This document shows, piece by piece, positions 37,425-49,364 of a stretch of DNA of 64,000 bases. Each line of letters starts with the position of its first letter. Positions within the stretch are counted from its first letter, which is position 1. A program made the position numbers and the translations under genes. The stretch lies in contig NC_042998.1 in the NCBI RefSeq assembly GCF_006345805.1, positions 45,942,001 to 46,006,000 of the forward strand. Reading direction: 5' to 3'. This DNA comes from Octopus sinensis. Taxonomy: Eukaryota. The notes beneath the pieces were generated by a model, which ran no database searches, was not told where the DNA came from, and saw only the letters and a program-made list of their open reading frames with translations.

Positions 37425-40400
37425 CTGCCAACCAACTGGATCCTGTTAAACAGCCTAACTCATGCCAACATAGAAAGTAGAAGTATGGTGAAACATCTTG
37501 TCATCAAAACAATGATAGACCAAAAAATCTAATATGCATATTCTGCCACCAAGCAATGGATTACATCTATTTTTTTAATAGTTTCTTCTGTATTAATTAT
37601 AAGAAGAAATTTCAAAATAATTATACTTTTCTTTGTTATTCTCCAATAGTTTAAGTTAATCCCTTCAAGATATTACCAGAGATTTTCAGTAGCTTAAAGC
37701 CAAGCTTCTAAAAGTTTAAAATTGTTAATCCTTTGCTCATTCAAGTCCATTCAAGTTAATTCATCTTTCTAACCTAGTTATTCAGTATAATAATGAAGCA
37801 AGTAAATGGTATAAATCCTTCAGGTGCAAGCCTTCACTTTCCTGTCACACATTGCAGAGGCTTAAAGAATGGAGGCTCTCATTGCAGAGGCTTAAAGAAT
37901 GGTTGAACAAATCATTGACGGAGACTTGAGCCCTGGCATTCAGCTAGCTGCAACAGATGGATAAGAGTGCATTGTGTCACAGCAGCACCCCTACAATTCC
38001 ATTGGTAGCTGAGTGCTCAAATGTATCTTCAGGTAATATCAATACTATTTAAATCAATTATTCTCAATGAAAAAAATATGCAGTACTACTATAAAAAGAA
38101 CTTTTATAACTAAAAATCAAATATTAGGATTGTTAAGTGAACTGTAAGAAATCCGAGAAGAAAGACTTTTGTTGACATTAACTATCAATAGCTAATGTCA
38201 AGTCTTTTCACTTTCGATAGTATGTAGGAAAAGCAGTGAAGATTAACATATTGCCTGTTATATTTAGTAAGAAAACATTTTGGTTGTCGTTTTCAAGGTC
38301 TTTTTTAAGTGGTTGTAAAGTTTTAGCTAAACTGGTTCATAAGACTGAATCTGCTCACCCCAGTTCCACCCCCATCAGCAGACTGAAACCATTCAGCTAA
38401 GAAGTATTTATCTATTAAAAGATATTTACCTACTTTTCATAAAAAAAAAAAAACTCTCCAGAATTGTATGCATCTAGAATAGTGCATCTTTTGGTATTTA
38501 GCCTTAATCACAATCAGAACAAAGGCTTACTGATTCATTTTGCATTAGCAGAATACATTGACGTATTGTCAAAATACAATAAATTTTGCCAAGATAATAA
38601 ATGTGATGAAATTTTTAATTCTTTCTAGCATTAATACAAAGGAAGAAAACCCAAATTTCAAAAAAAAAAATTTTTTTCCCCACAGTAATGTCAGCATTAG
38701 AACTTTCTATAAAAATCATATATGCCTATAATTAAATTTAAAACAATTAATTACAAGTAACATAATTAGGTTTAGGGAAATTTAAAAAAAAAGACAAAAA
38801 TTATGACTATATGTATGGTACATATTCAGAACCGTCTATTATATATCAAATACTGCTAGGCAACAAATTAGATTATTGCATGCTATATTTCAAATTAACA
38901 TTGAAAAATGTAAATAAGGTAAAAATAACTGAAGTTTTCGTAAAGAGCACTTCTCTTTAGTCTAAGAAAACCTCAGATCTTTCTTAGACTTATGAAGTGG
39001 GGTGATGTTATAGTACAACAGAGTTGAATTTGTAATGGAAAGAGCTTGAGTTAGCTAGCTCTAACACTTAAGTATAGTATACACTTTCTGACCCTTTAAA
39101 TATCAAAATGAATTTTTGAATAACTTAATTTTTTTTTCTTCGTACTTTTTTTTAGCAAATTAGGTACTGAGCTTTCCAAAGATTTTTTTTTTCTTATTGC
39201 TTGGAGATGGTGATACAAAAATGAAATAAAATAAGCCTTACTTGCATAAAATGCCAACATGTTAGACTTAATAAAAAAAAATAAAAAAACGTAGCTACAT
39301 AATCTTAATTCAACGTCGAGACAATTTGTTTAAACTTCACACTTAATACAGAAAAACCTTCAAACATACAAGTAGACACAAGAACCAGACAATGGAGAAA
39401 GCTTCATTCATCCGGAAAAATTGTTGTCTTAAATTACTCATTATCTTTCATGTCAAATACACATTTAGAATCATACATTTTAAAATCCCAATTAAAAGTA
39501 CTGTAAACTTGTATTTTAAATGGACATTTCGTATTATATGTTCCAATACTATATTTCTATTACTGACACCTTTAGAAGCACATGAACATCATAAACTCCC
39601 ACCCTCATATCTATACAGTTTGTGTGCGTGTAAGAAATCTATATTAATAACATTTCAAACTGAATTAATAATAATGTTGATTACACCCCCACTTGCACAC
39701 TTTAAACAAAAGACACTTCTTGAGAGGGAGGAGAGACAATTGACTAACGTGTTTTATATTACAAGACAATTTTATTGGTTCTGCAGGGTGGACTAGAGAT
39801 AAAATAGAAAGAGAATAAATAAAATTTAAGTCCTGTACATCCGTTTATCCCCGCTTGTAAGATACCGTTATTAAACTGGATTAAAATAAAATCAAAATAC
39901 TTTTTTCTTCGGTATGCTCGAAGAACATAACTACATTAAATTAATAGAATAGTGAGCCTTGGTCACAACAGGCAAGACATTAAAATACAAAATTATGGCC
40001 AAGACACGTCCAGAAACATCGTTATGTTGAGGACACATTCCAATGCATTAAACCTCAGCCACATCGATATCAAGACGAGACATCTATTCAATCAGAACAT
40101 GAATCACTGCAGTGATTTAATTTTTTCCCCCTTTTTTTTTCGTGGCGATTAAATGAAAGAAAAAAAAATCGTTAAAAAAAAAGACAATTATCTATGAGTT
40201 CAAGATAGCTTTTTATTTTAAATCGCTTAACGAAAACAATTAAAGAAGTCAACTTTTTGAAATTTGCATTTAAATACTTTTTAACAAGCCATTGAACAAC
40301 CATCGATTTTAAATTGATCGATATATAACTTTCCTTTGATCACCAATCATAATTATTATTTTATTTTTGAAAATTAAAAATTTCAAAAAACATTGCATTT

Positions 40401-41092
40401 AGATATGTCAGTTACCTTCGGTAATCAATTACACTTATTTTCTACGTGGTCAGTTTCAAGTCCACTCAGCTAATTTCATACCTCAATTAGCATACATACA
40501 TTACAAAAATATTTTCTTAAAATGTGCTGTATGCATTAGGAAAAAAAGAGGTAAGTAAAATAAATAAAATGCAATTAATTCATTACTTTTTTAAAAAAAT
40601 TGATTTTAAACTAAATCTATGAACTACAATAAAAGAAATATCTGATCTGATGATGATAATAATAATTATACTGATAATAAAGGTTTACATCAGAAAGGTA
40701 GCATGAAGAATGACGAGATAGGGGAGCGGAACAGGATAGTCAACCTTTTAACAATAGAAAAACGACAGCAAATAAGTTGGAGGAAACAAAAAGTGAGGCA
40801 GATAGCATTTAATAAGTCCTCATAATTATAACTAAAGAAAGAACACACATCTCTTTCATACACCTAAGAATCGTGCGTCATGGTGTGAGGGAGATGAAGG
40901 GAAAGCCTTTCACCGATGTCTTCCCACAAAAAAAAGACAAAAAAATCAGAGAAAAAGGGGGAATTTGAAGATTGTTTAAATCAGAATCGGGGAACTAATT
41001 CATATATTTTAAATATGTTAGTGTATAATCACCGTAACACACACGGAATTTTAAGATTGATTTTTTTCCTCATCTCACTAATTCTACCTTAC

Positions 41093-41135
41093 CTGCTTGC
41101 ATGTGGTTGAAATAGACTATGGCGGACAGCATTTA
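41093..41135 (-). other. Candidate alternative non-coding 5' exon
   Basis: Strong donor CAG|gtaagg at 41093, about 25 nt downstream of CCGCCAT; 5' boundary unknown. Confidence 0.4.
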
Positions 41136-41467
41136 CTTAAAAGTTCTTGTAACACACTACGAATTCTAGGTAAAACTGAATGAATAAAAGTTATTAAAAA
41201 GCTATCGGAATGATAAACGAACCCAAGATTTTTTTCTAGTTTGATTTTTTTCTTTTCCCCGCCGCCACAACATAGCTAATTCCCCCCAACATAAACTTAC
41301 TCCAGTTTTTAATCATGCATATTAAAAAACCGAGCCCGGCATCGCAAGTAACCAAAACAAACGCATAGATTATTTCGAGAAGAAAATGAAAACGCAAACA
41401 ATTTTCTCAAGTATCTTCCTAAAAGTAACGAAAATAAAATATAAAAATGTATAATTGCTTAGCTTAC

Positions 41468-41575
41468 CTTTGGCTCTATTAAGTGGTATATCTGAGAGTG
41501 CCAAACGAGTAAGACGACGCAAAGAGCGACCTCATACACTCACCTAGCAATAAGAAGAAAGATGGCCGATCTATC
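41468..41575 (-). other. Candidate non-coding first exon (5' UTR) with two donor options
   Basis: Donors TAG|gtgagt (exon ends 41544) and AAG|gtaagc (exon ends 41468) lie just downstream of a YY1-like motif. The coding exon starts with an acceptor, so an upstream exon is needed. The TSS position is approximate. Confidence 0.6.
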
Positions 41576-42769
41576 ATCTTCCTCCTCCTCCACCTCCAAC
41601 CGACTTAATCTTTTATTTCAGTTTTTAAGTTCAGTTCTACATTTATAATTTAAAATAATCTGATATATTTTTAGAAGCAATATTAACCTACGCTTCGCTT
41701 TCAGAATTCAATTGATAAGTGATATACGGTATATTTGACATCAAAATCATCAGTGAAAATACGAAAATGGGGAATTGTTAAGAAACTGTTTCGTTTCGTT
41801 TGTCGAGCTGACGCGTTACTCTGATTTACATTTCTTATCAATTTTCTTTGTAGCGTTCTCTTTCTTTGATTTTTTTTTTCTTTATATTTATATTGAAAAT
41901 GCATTAAGAAAACAAAACAAAACCACATCGTTATATCAACTGTTTATGCTCACGTAAACAATTTTATTTTTTATTTATTCTCCAACACATTAGATATTTA
42001 AAATTATGTTAAACCCCTTTTCCATTATATTTCATAGAACTAAAAAAATCAATTTGCATAAAATAAAAATCTATAGTTTCATGAGAAAGAAAAAAACATC
42101 AAGATAAAAGTTGATTATTTCCAACAGAATAAACTACATATATGGCTACTGCTGTTCACAAAACGAAAGCTCTTAATATATTTTAGTTGGACCAGAGTAA
42201 CTGCATCAAATTCGCCCTTGAAAAAAAAAACCACTGTCTTTTACTATTTCTCAACTTCCCCAACCCCTACCTCTTTCCCTCCTCCTCCTCACTTTCTCAT
42301 ATTTCAACATAACCCAGAAAAAAAAAGGAAAAGGACGAAGAAAATGGAAGTGAAAGAGGAATAGCCAAAGGAATTGTTCATTATATTTTATGGGGGGGAG
42401 GGGTTAGAAGCTTATTACCAAATTCCTGTGACATTTCAAATACCTTTATTTTTTTTTTTATCCTTTGCACTAACTCTAGACAAGTAGTACCCCGTTACAG
42501 ATATATAGTTCACTGATGTAAATGTCTAGGGATAACAGTTGATATACATGAAACACACATAGACACACAAAAACTGTGATAATCCCATTTGCAGCTATGA
42601 TTAAATTTCCCTTATCTCTATTGTGTTAATTAGTAAGCTGAAACCCAACGAGAAGTTCATAAAGATACAAATTATTATTAATTTGCGTGTTATTTCTAAA
42701 TGTAATACTGGTTTGGCATTTACTATTCAAGCTTCTATTTTATTAATGGAATTTATAATGAGGAATAAT

Positions 42770-43012
42770 ACACACACACATAAATATATGCATGTGTATA
42801 TGTATGTAGAGATATGTACATTGTATATATGTATGTGTGTATGTATGTGTATATATATATATATATATATATCTTTCTTTCTATCTATCTATATATATAT
42901 AAATAATATAATGTACATATATAGACATACATACACATATATACATACATATAAATATATGTATGTAGATATAACTACATTATATATAATGTACACATAC
43001 ATAATATATGTA

Positions 43013-43100
<88 letters not shown>

Positions 43101-43270
43101 TATACATATATATATATATAAATAATATAATGTACATATATAGACATACATACACATAAATATATGTATGTAGATATAAGTACATTATATATAACGCACA
43201 CATACATAATATATGTATGTATATATATATATGTGTGTGTGTGTGTGGTGTGTATATGTATGTATGCATA
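42770..43270. repeat. Compound microsatellite (TA, TG, TATC, TC) with a duplicated ~110-bp block
   Basis: aaataatataatgtacatatatagacatacatacacat occurs near 42900 and again near 43120. Confidence 0.9.
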
Positions 43271-44356
43271 GAGTGTTAGGTGTGATGTACAGAAATAATA
43301 ATGAAGAAATAAAAGGATTTTTTCCCAAAATTCTGATGACTTTTTTTCTCAGTATATAAATATATATATATATATATATATACATATACATACATTGTAA
43401 TATTTGGGGAAGGTCATATTTTTTGTCTAATTAACCACATGCACTATATACTAGTTCTTCACTTCAACTTTATCTTCATTCCTATTTTAGTGCCCTTTGG
43501 CTTAAATCTTTCATCATGTATCCTGTGACCTCTTCAATGACTCTCCATTCCATGCGTGCATCTCCTCCTGTTCTGTTAATGGACTAAACAGTTGGTAATA
43601 GTAAGGGCATCTGGCCACAGAAAATCTACTTGAATAAAATCCATCTGACCCAGGTAAGCATGGAAAAGTGGGCATTAAAATGATCATGATATATAACATA
43701 TATATGCACATATATGTATATCTTTTTTTTCCCATGCTTACATCGGTTAGAAAATATATGATATATAAAATGGTGATATTATATAGCATGTAAGAACAGG
43801 TTCTGCTTTCATTATTCACTTCAGTAGAATAGTAGATAGGAGAGTGATAAAGGGATGGGTGATATGAAGAAGAGGTGTGAAGTTAAGGCTGCTAGAGTTT
43901 GGGAAAGAGTGAGAGACGGATTTGAAAAATGGCAATAGGGATGATAGTAAAAATGATAGTTGATATGAGCAGTGAGCTGGAAGATTTGATAGCATGCTGG
44001 GGAAAATGCTTAGCAGTATTTCATCTGTCCTTACAAGCAAAGTCAACCACAGAGGTTGACTTTGCCCTTCATCCTTTTGATTGGGGTTGATATAATTGAC
44101 TTACCCCTTCTCCCTAAATTGCTGGCCTTGTGGCAAAATTTGAAACCAGTATAAGTTGTGTGACAATGATGGTCAGAATGACAGATGGATGTCTATAGGA
44201 AGTGATTCAATTTAGAGACCCCATTGATTAAGAGGGCGATTAGATGAGGGACCTAGTTGAGTGCATTTAGTGTGCGTACATAATTTCAAAATCTCAGTTA
44301 TACCTTACTAGCATTGCTGAATGCGTCATCTCAAGCTCAGAACATCATGATGGACT

Positions 44357-44540
44357 GTTAGCTCCTACACGCATTTTTTTCTCTCCTTGTTTCTTTTCTG
44401 TGTATCTTTCTGTCGAAGAGCGTAAGCTCGAAACGTAAAAGACTTGTTTTATTTCTATTCCTGAGTGCCATACTAATACAATTGTTAGTTTGTACTCCAC
44501 CTGCCTTCGTCTTTTGTTTATTTTCGTAAACCTTCCCTAT
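44357..44540 (+). mobile_element. Interspersed repeat fragment, possibly Penelope-like terminal repeat, containing a hammerhead-like fold
   Basis: GAAGAGCGTAAGCTCGAAACGT motif; ends in a microsatellite. Family assignment is inference. Confidence 0.4.
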
Positions 44541-44834
44541 ATATATGTATGTATGTATGTATGTACACACACACACACACATATTCAATTGCAGGATTCA
44601 TCAGAATCTAAACATTTGTGTGTGATGTTGGGAAAGGTCAGGTACTGGGCTTGCAATATTCAGTTGTTGTTAGCTGGCTGTATCCTGCAAGTATGTGTAT
44701 ACATGTCTACATATCAATCCAGCTGTGAGTGCATGTAGACAAATGTATGTATACATATACATGTGCCCAATCTAAATACAAACTATAGATCTGGCCTCAG
44801 GATGGTTCTAAGTATAGCACATATATTAAGGAAG

Positions 44835-45478
44835 AACACAAGTGGACTTTGAAATTCATAATGACAGTTTCAGCAGTATTTTATTGAATACTTCAATTAC
44901 ACCATGACAAAAATCTGTTATCTTCAGGTAATTTTAAACAGACAAACAGATAGATAGGTGGAAAATTTAAGTTGACCATATCAGACAAGATTTCATCTGA
45001 TATGTTATCTTCATTGATCTGGTGTGGACACTTCTCATGTTACTTTATCTTATTTTCTATTCTTTTATAAGATTTTGTCTGATATGTTATCTACATTGAT
45101 CTGGGTGGATATTCCTCTTCTGTTATATTATCTTATTTTCTCTTATATTATACAATCTGCTTCCTGAATCCTCACTAAGGATATAAAGTAAGTCAGATAA
45201 TGATCTAAGAAATTTAATGGTTTTTGAACTTTGCCCTTACAGGTCTTACTAGCAATTTTATAAATTCTACAGTTCCTCTGATAACTTCATTTGTTTTTGC
45301 CATGTAACTTGGTCAACTGGTCAACTTAAATTCGCCATCTATCTATCTATCTATCTATCTAGTTATTTGTCTAAAATCACCTGAAGATAGTGAATTTTTG
45401 TCATGATGTAATCAAAGTATTCATCAATATCATAACTGCTGAAAGAGCTGTTGTGACTTTTAAACTCTGCTTGTGTTT
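44835..45478. mobile_element. Old foldback/MITE-like element with ~145-160 bp imperfect inverted arms
   Basis: 44835-44978 is the imperfect reverse complement of 45318-45478 (shared catgacaaaaat, tatcttcaggt, agatagatag, aatttaagttgacca); internal ~82-bp tandem duplication. Confidence 0.8.
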
Positions 45479-46015
45479 TTCTATGTAATGAATGATGGAT
45501 AAGGAGTGGGGTGGGGTGACCAATGATGATGGATGTGATGTGCTGCAGAATAACAATGATGGTTCGGTAGACAGGGGAAGGGTGAGAGACGGAAAGGTAA
45601 ATAGTTGTGTGGGTGAGAGAGAAAGGCAGGCATAGTACATGGGGAGAGTGAGATACACCTGATGGTGGAAAAGGTGTGATTGTGAGATGAATTAGTGATC
45701 TGAGACTGAGGGGATGGGGTCAATGTAAAATGTGGGAAGAGAGGGCATTATTAAGAATGAAGGAGGGATATCAAGTAAAATGGTCCTAGCTTGTGAGAAA
45801 GATTAGTGGCATCAAGGAAAAAAAATGCAGTTAGAGAGATGGAGGGTAATGGGGTGTCTTAGGAACAAAATAAGCAAAAGGCCCACTTGTGCATACACAC
45901 ACACACTCACACACAACACTTCCAGAACTTAATTTCACTGAGTTGGGTAGGTCTTCTCATGAGCTGCATATTACCAGTTATTTGAGTTCCTTATCTACTT
46001 GAGGTTCAAAGTTCT

Positions 46016-46249
46016 TATTTCTTTATTGCCCACAAGGGGCTAAACATAGAGGAGGCAAACAAGGACAGACAAATGGATTAAGTCGATTACATCGACCCCA
46101 GTGTGTGACTGGTACTTAATTTATCGACCCCGAAAGGATGAAAGGCAAAGTTGGCCTCGGCGGAATTTGAACTCAGAATGCAGCGGCAGACAAAATGCCA
46201 GAAAGCATTTTGCCTGGTGTGCTAACATTTCTGCCAGCTCGCCGCCTTA
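46016..46249 (-). mobile_element. Full-length SINE family 3 with 14-bp target-site duplication
   Basis: AGGTTCAAAGTTCT at 46002-46015 and 46250-46263; head ggcggcgagctggcagaa, B-box GAGTTCAAATTCC, AATAAA-type tail. Confidence 0.92.
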
Positions 46250-46689
46250 AGGTTCAAAGTTCTGAGGTCAGCCTTCATCACTTTATCCCATATCTTCCTC
46301 GGTCTCCTCTCCCACAAGCTCTGTCCACATTAAATGATTACTTTATACAGCTGTCTTCAACCAGACATGATATGAGCATACCAGCCCAATCATTTTTTTT
46401 TCTTGCACACTACATTTAGTTCTCCTTATGCCCAGTTTTCATCTCAGCACATTTGTACTGTGTCATTCATGCACACTTACATTGTATATTCAACAGAGCA
46501 TACTTGCTTCATGTCTTTCCAGTATTTTCAAGTTCTTTGCATTCAAGACCCATGTTTGTAGTTCTGATGCAGCTTTAGGATGATATACAAACTATGAGTG
46601 CATTGCATCTTATAGCAGAAACAACTGTAAGCTAATGAAGTTCATGACATAATTTCTTTTCTTTTGTCATTTTAATTTCTTATATGTGT

Positions 46690-46698
46690 ACATGAATG

Positions 46699-46753
<55 letters not shown>

Positions 46754-46963
46754 GAGTGTATATATATATATTATCTTTCTCTCACCATACATACATACAT
46801 GCATAATACATACATATATGTATGCATGCATGCATATGCACGCACACACGTGTAGAAACCATGCCAAATCAGACTGGAACCAAGTGCAGCCCTCCGGCTT
46901 ACCAGTTCCAGTTAAACTATCTAACCCATGCCAGTGTGGAAAGCGGACGTTAAATGATGATGA

Positions 46964-47004
<41 letters not shown>

Positions 47005-47085
47005 CGCGTGAATACATGTGTACGTATCTATGTACGTATATTTGTGGGTGTGAACGTAAGCATGTATGTGGTTGTATATGTATGT
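46690..47085. repeat. Compound microsatellite containing a SINE family 1 tail fragment (46851-46966)
   Basis: (TA)n, (TG)n, (CATA)n plus gtagaaaccatgcca...cggacgttaaatgatgatgat. Confidence 0.85.
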
Positions 47086-48294
47086 GTGGCGCTCGAAGTT
47101 GGATTCGCTTATGTATGTAAGAAATGTCTCTGGGAAACCGAATAACATCAGCGTGGTGAGGAAAGCAGGTACAGAGAGAGAGGTGACAATTGACCTTACA
47201 TTACTGCGGAAAGACAGAGCCATAGAGGACAGACACTGTTGCCGAGAGAAAGAGGAAAGCAGAGACAGCAGCTGCTGTAATGAATGAAATACATTGACAG
47301 TGATATATTAGACACACTGTATTAAATGACCGAATGGAAATGAGCCAGCAGGAGAGCCTCTAAGCGCTTGCTCGACCTGCAAGAAATAGCAGCCAAACCT
47401 CTTAAATTGTTGATTGGGTAATGTGTCTTTAGTTCTCTGAACATTTAAAAAAAAGACGAGATGTCCACAGCTGGAATGCTTCTATTAGTGTTAAACAACA
47501 GCCAAAAGAACCAAATAGACGATATACAAGAGAAGAAATCACGATATTTTATATTTGTTGTTTTATTGAGAAGTTCTAGATGTAATTTACTTTTTGATAT
47601 ACGTTAAACAAATTTAAGAAAAATATTGGGAATGGTAAAGATTGCAGGATTGGTCCCTTATTGAGGTGCGTAACGACCCCTTAAATCTAGTATGCATGTT
47701 AATATTTGTATATAGTGATCATGTTGTATATGTACAACGAAAGACTTTGATATATGCTATAGTATTATAAAATATATTGAAATGGAATACAAGAATTTCT
47801 TTTATGGCTAAAATGATTCTACCATGATATAAGCTAATTCATGTTTGTGTATATTTTGTTATTTTATGAGTTGGGGGAAGAAGGGAAGAGTAGCTACTCA
47901 TGACTTCCCATATGCGTGTGACTGATACGGTCCATGCCCAGCATGGCATAAACATTTTTTAGTCAGAAGAGAAGGCAGTGTCTAAGATCTTTTGATCCTT
48001 AAGAAGTTTTCTAAGGCTGGTAGGAGAGAGAGTCGAAGCTGTCTTCCACCTGAATATCTGGCTCAAGTGCTCGCAACAGAACAGATTCTATTAAAGGCAC
48101 AGTGCCAGTAGACTTTGTTCACCCTGGCGACAAATCGACTGATTCGTCTTACCACAGATCTATGCTATGACATGATTTGAACTTAGAACGTTACATTTTT
48201 ACAGTTCAACCAATCCACTGCCCTGGGCGAGTATACTCTTTTTTTTATCGATCCCGAAAGACTAGAGAAAGATGTTGACTCTGGCGGGATTTAA

Positions 48295-48325
<31 letters not shown>

Positions 48326-48404
48326 AACTACCGTAAGGAATTGATTCTCGATTCGTCAGTGTTGTTTGGTCTGAATGCTTGCAATTTAGTGAATCCTGTT
48401 AAAG

Positions 48405-49364
48405 CAATGGTTTGCAGTCAGACTTTACATGATCCTTGGGGACCTATATAAGAATTTTTGTTAAAATTTATGAGCAATAAATTGCGTATACTTCTACAAT
48501 ACACCAAATATTTTTTACTAATAATATTTAATAATAAAAATACTATAGAATATTTTAAACATTGAATGGCTTCACAGAATATTTTAAATATTGAATGGCT
48601 CCATTGAGGGTCCCTCAGAGTGAAATAAGAATCAAAGGGCTCCAGTGGCGGCTCGTTGATAAAATTAGTGGGGATGCTGCTTCAGAAAATTTTTAGCCGT
48701 CGTTTTAATATTGTCTAAAAGGAAACAAACATATAAAAAGAAAATTTATACATGAACTTCATCGGTTCGCGTTTTAGCCAATGCTGGGTAGTTTGTTTAA
48801 TTTGTTCGCTGAAGACCGCTGCGAATTCCACCTTGTTTTTCAAAAATCCCACTTCAATCACAAAATAAGCAGGGGGAATGAGCCCTATTTTTCAAATCCC
48901 AGCAACACTGAAGCTGGAAGCAGGATAATAATCTAATTCTACACTTTATTGCATTCAAGAGTATAAACACATTTTTAAGCACAACACATGCACAGTCAGA
49001 AAGAAATACTACCTTTCACCTGGCACTGTCATTCACACAGTGCTCTCTCTCCCTAGTGTGAAGCTTCCTATCTCAGACATGTGAGCATGTGCACAACAGC
49101 TAAACACCGTGTTACTGCAACTGTGAAGCGCACAGTTCTATACAAGGATTTTTGTATTTTTTCTATAAACTACAGGATGGCTACTGACATTGAGCTTAAG
49201 GATTATATAATGTACAAGTATAAAGAAAGAATTAAAGCAAAAAAGGACTCATTATATTAAATGTTATCAATAATATTGAGTAGAAATAGGGAGTGCTGCA
49301 GTTCATATACACAAGCCAACACTGAAGGGGTCCATAGATAAAAAAAAATGGTTGAGAACTAGTG
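48405..49364. mobile_element. hAT (Charlie-like) MITE interrupted by a second element
   Basis: Right end ggggtccat...aaaaatggttgagaactagtg resembles hAT TIR GGTTGAGAACCACTG; left end caatggtt is degenerate; tgttaaag / tgttaaaa flanks. Confidence 0.55.
48643..49324. mobile_element. Nested non-autonomous hAT-type element (682 bp)
   Basis: 14-bp TIR CAGTGGCGGCTCGT / ACAAGCCAACACTG (3 mismatches); 8-bp TSD AAGGGCTC / AAGGGGTC. Confidence 0.75.

Larger units (their letters stand above)
39900..41960 (-). promoter_or_regulatory. CpG-enriched promoter / 5' region of the zinc-finger gene
   Basis: Visibly more CpG than the depleted gene body and no recognisable SINE. YY1-like GCCATCTT (41559-41566) and CCGCCAT (41119-41125) on the minus strand; CRE-like TGACGCG near 41809. 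Confidence 0.65.

Noticed and set aside
40646-40695. C/D-box snoRNA-like motif (TGATGA...CTGA with tctgatg/catcaga ends)
   Set aside because: Antisense to the host gene, too short, and built on (GAT)/(AAT) low complexity.
41700-42400. Divergent plus-strand gene from a bidirectional promoter
   Set aside because: No convincing donor or downstream coding exons found in 42-64 kb; a non-coding transcript cannot be excluded.
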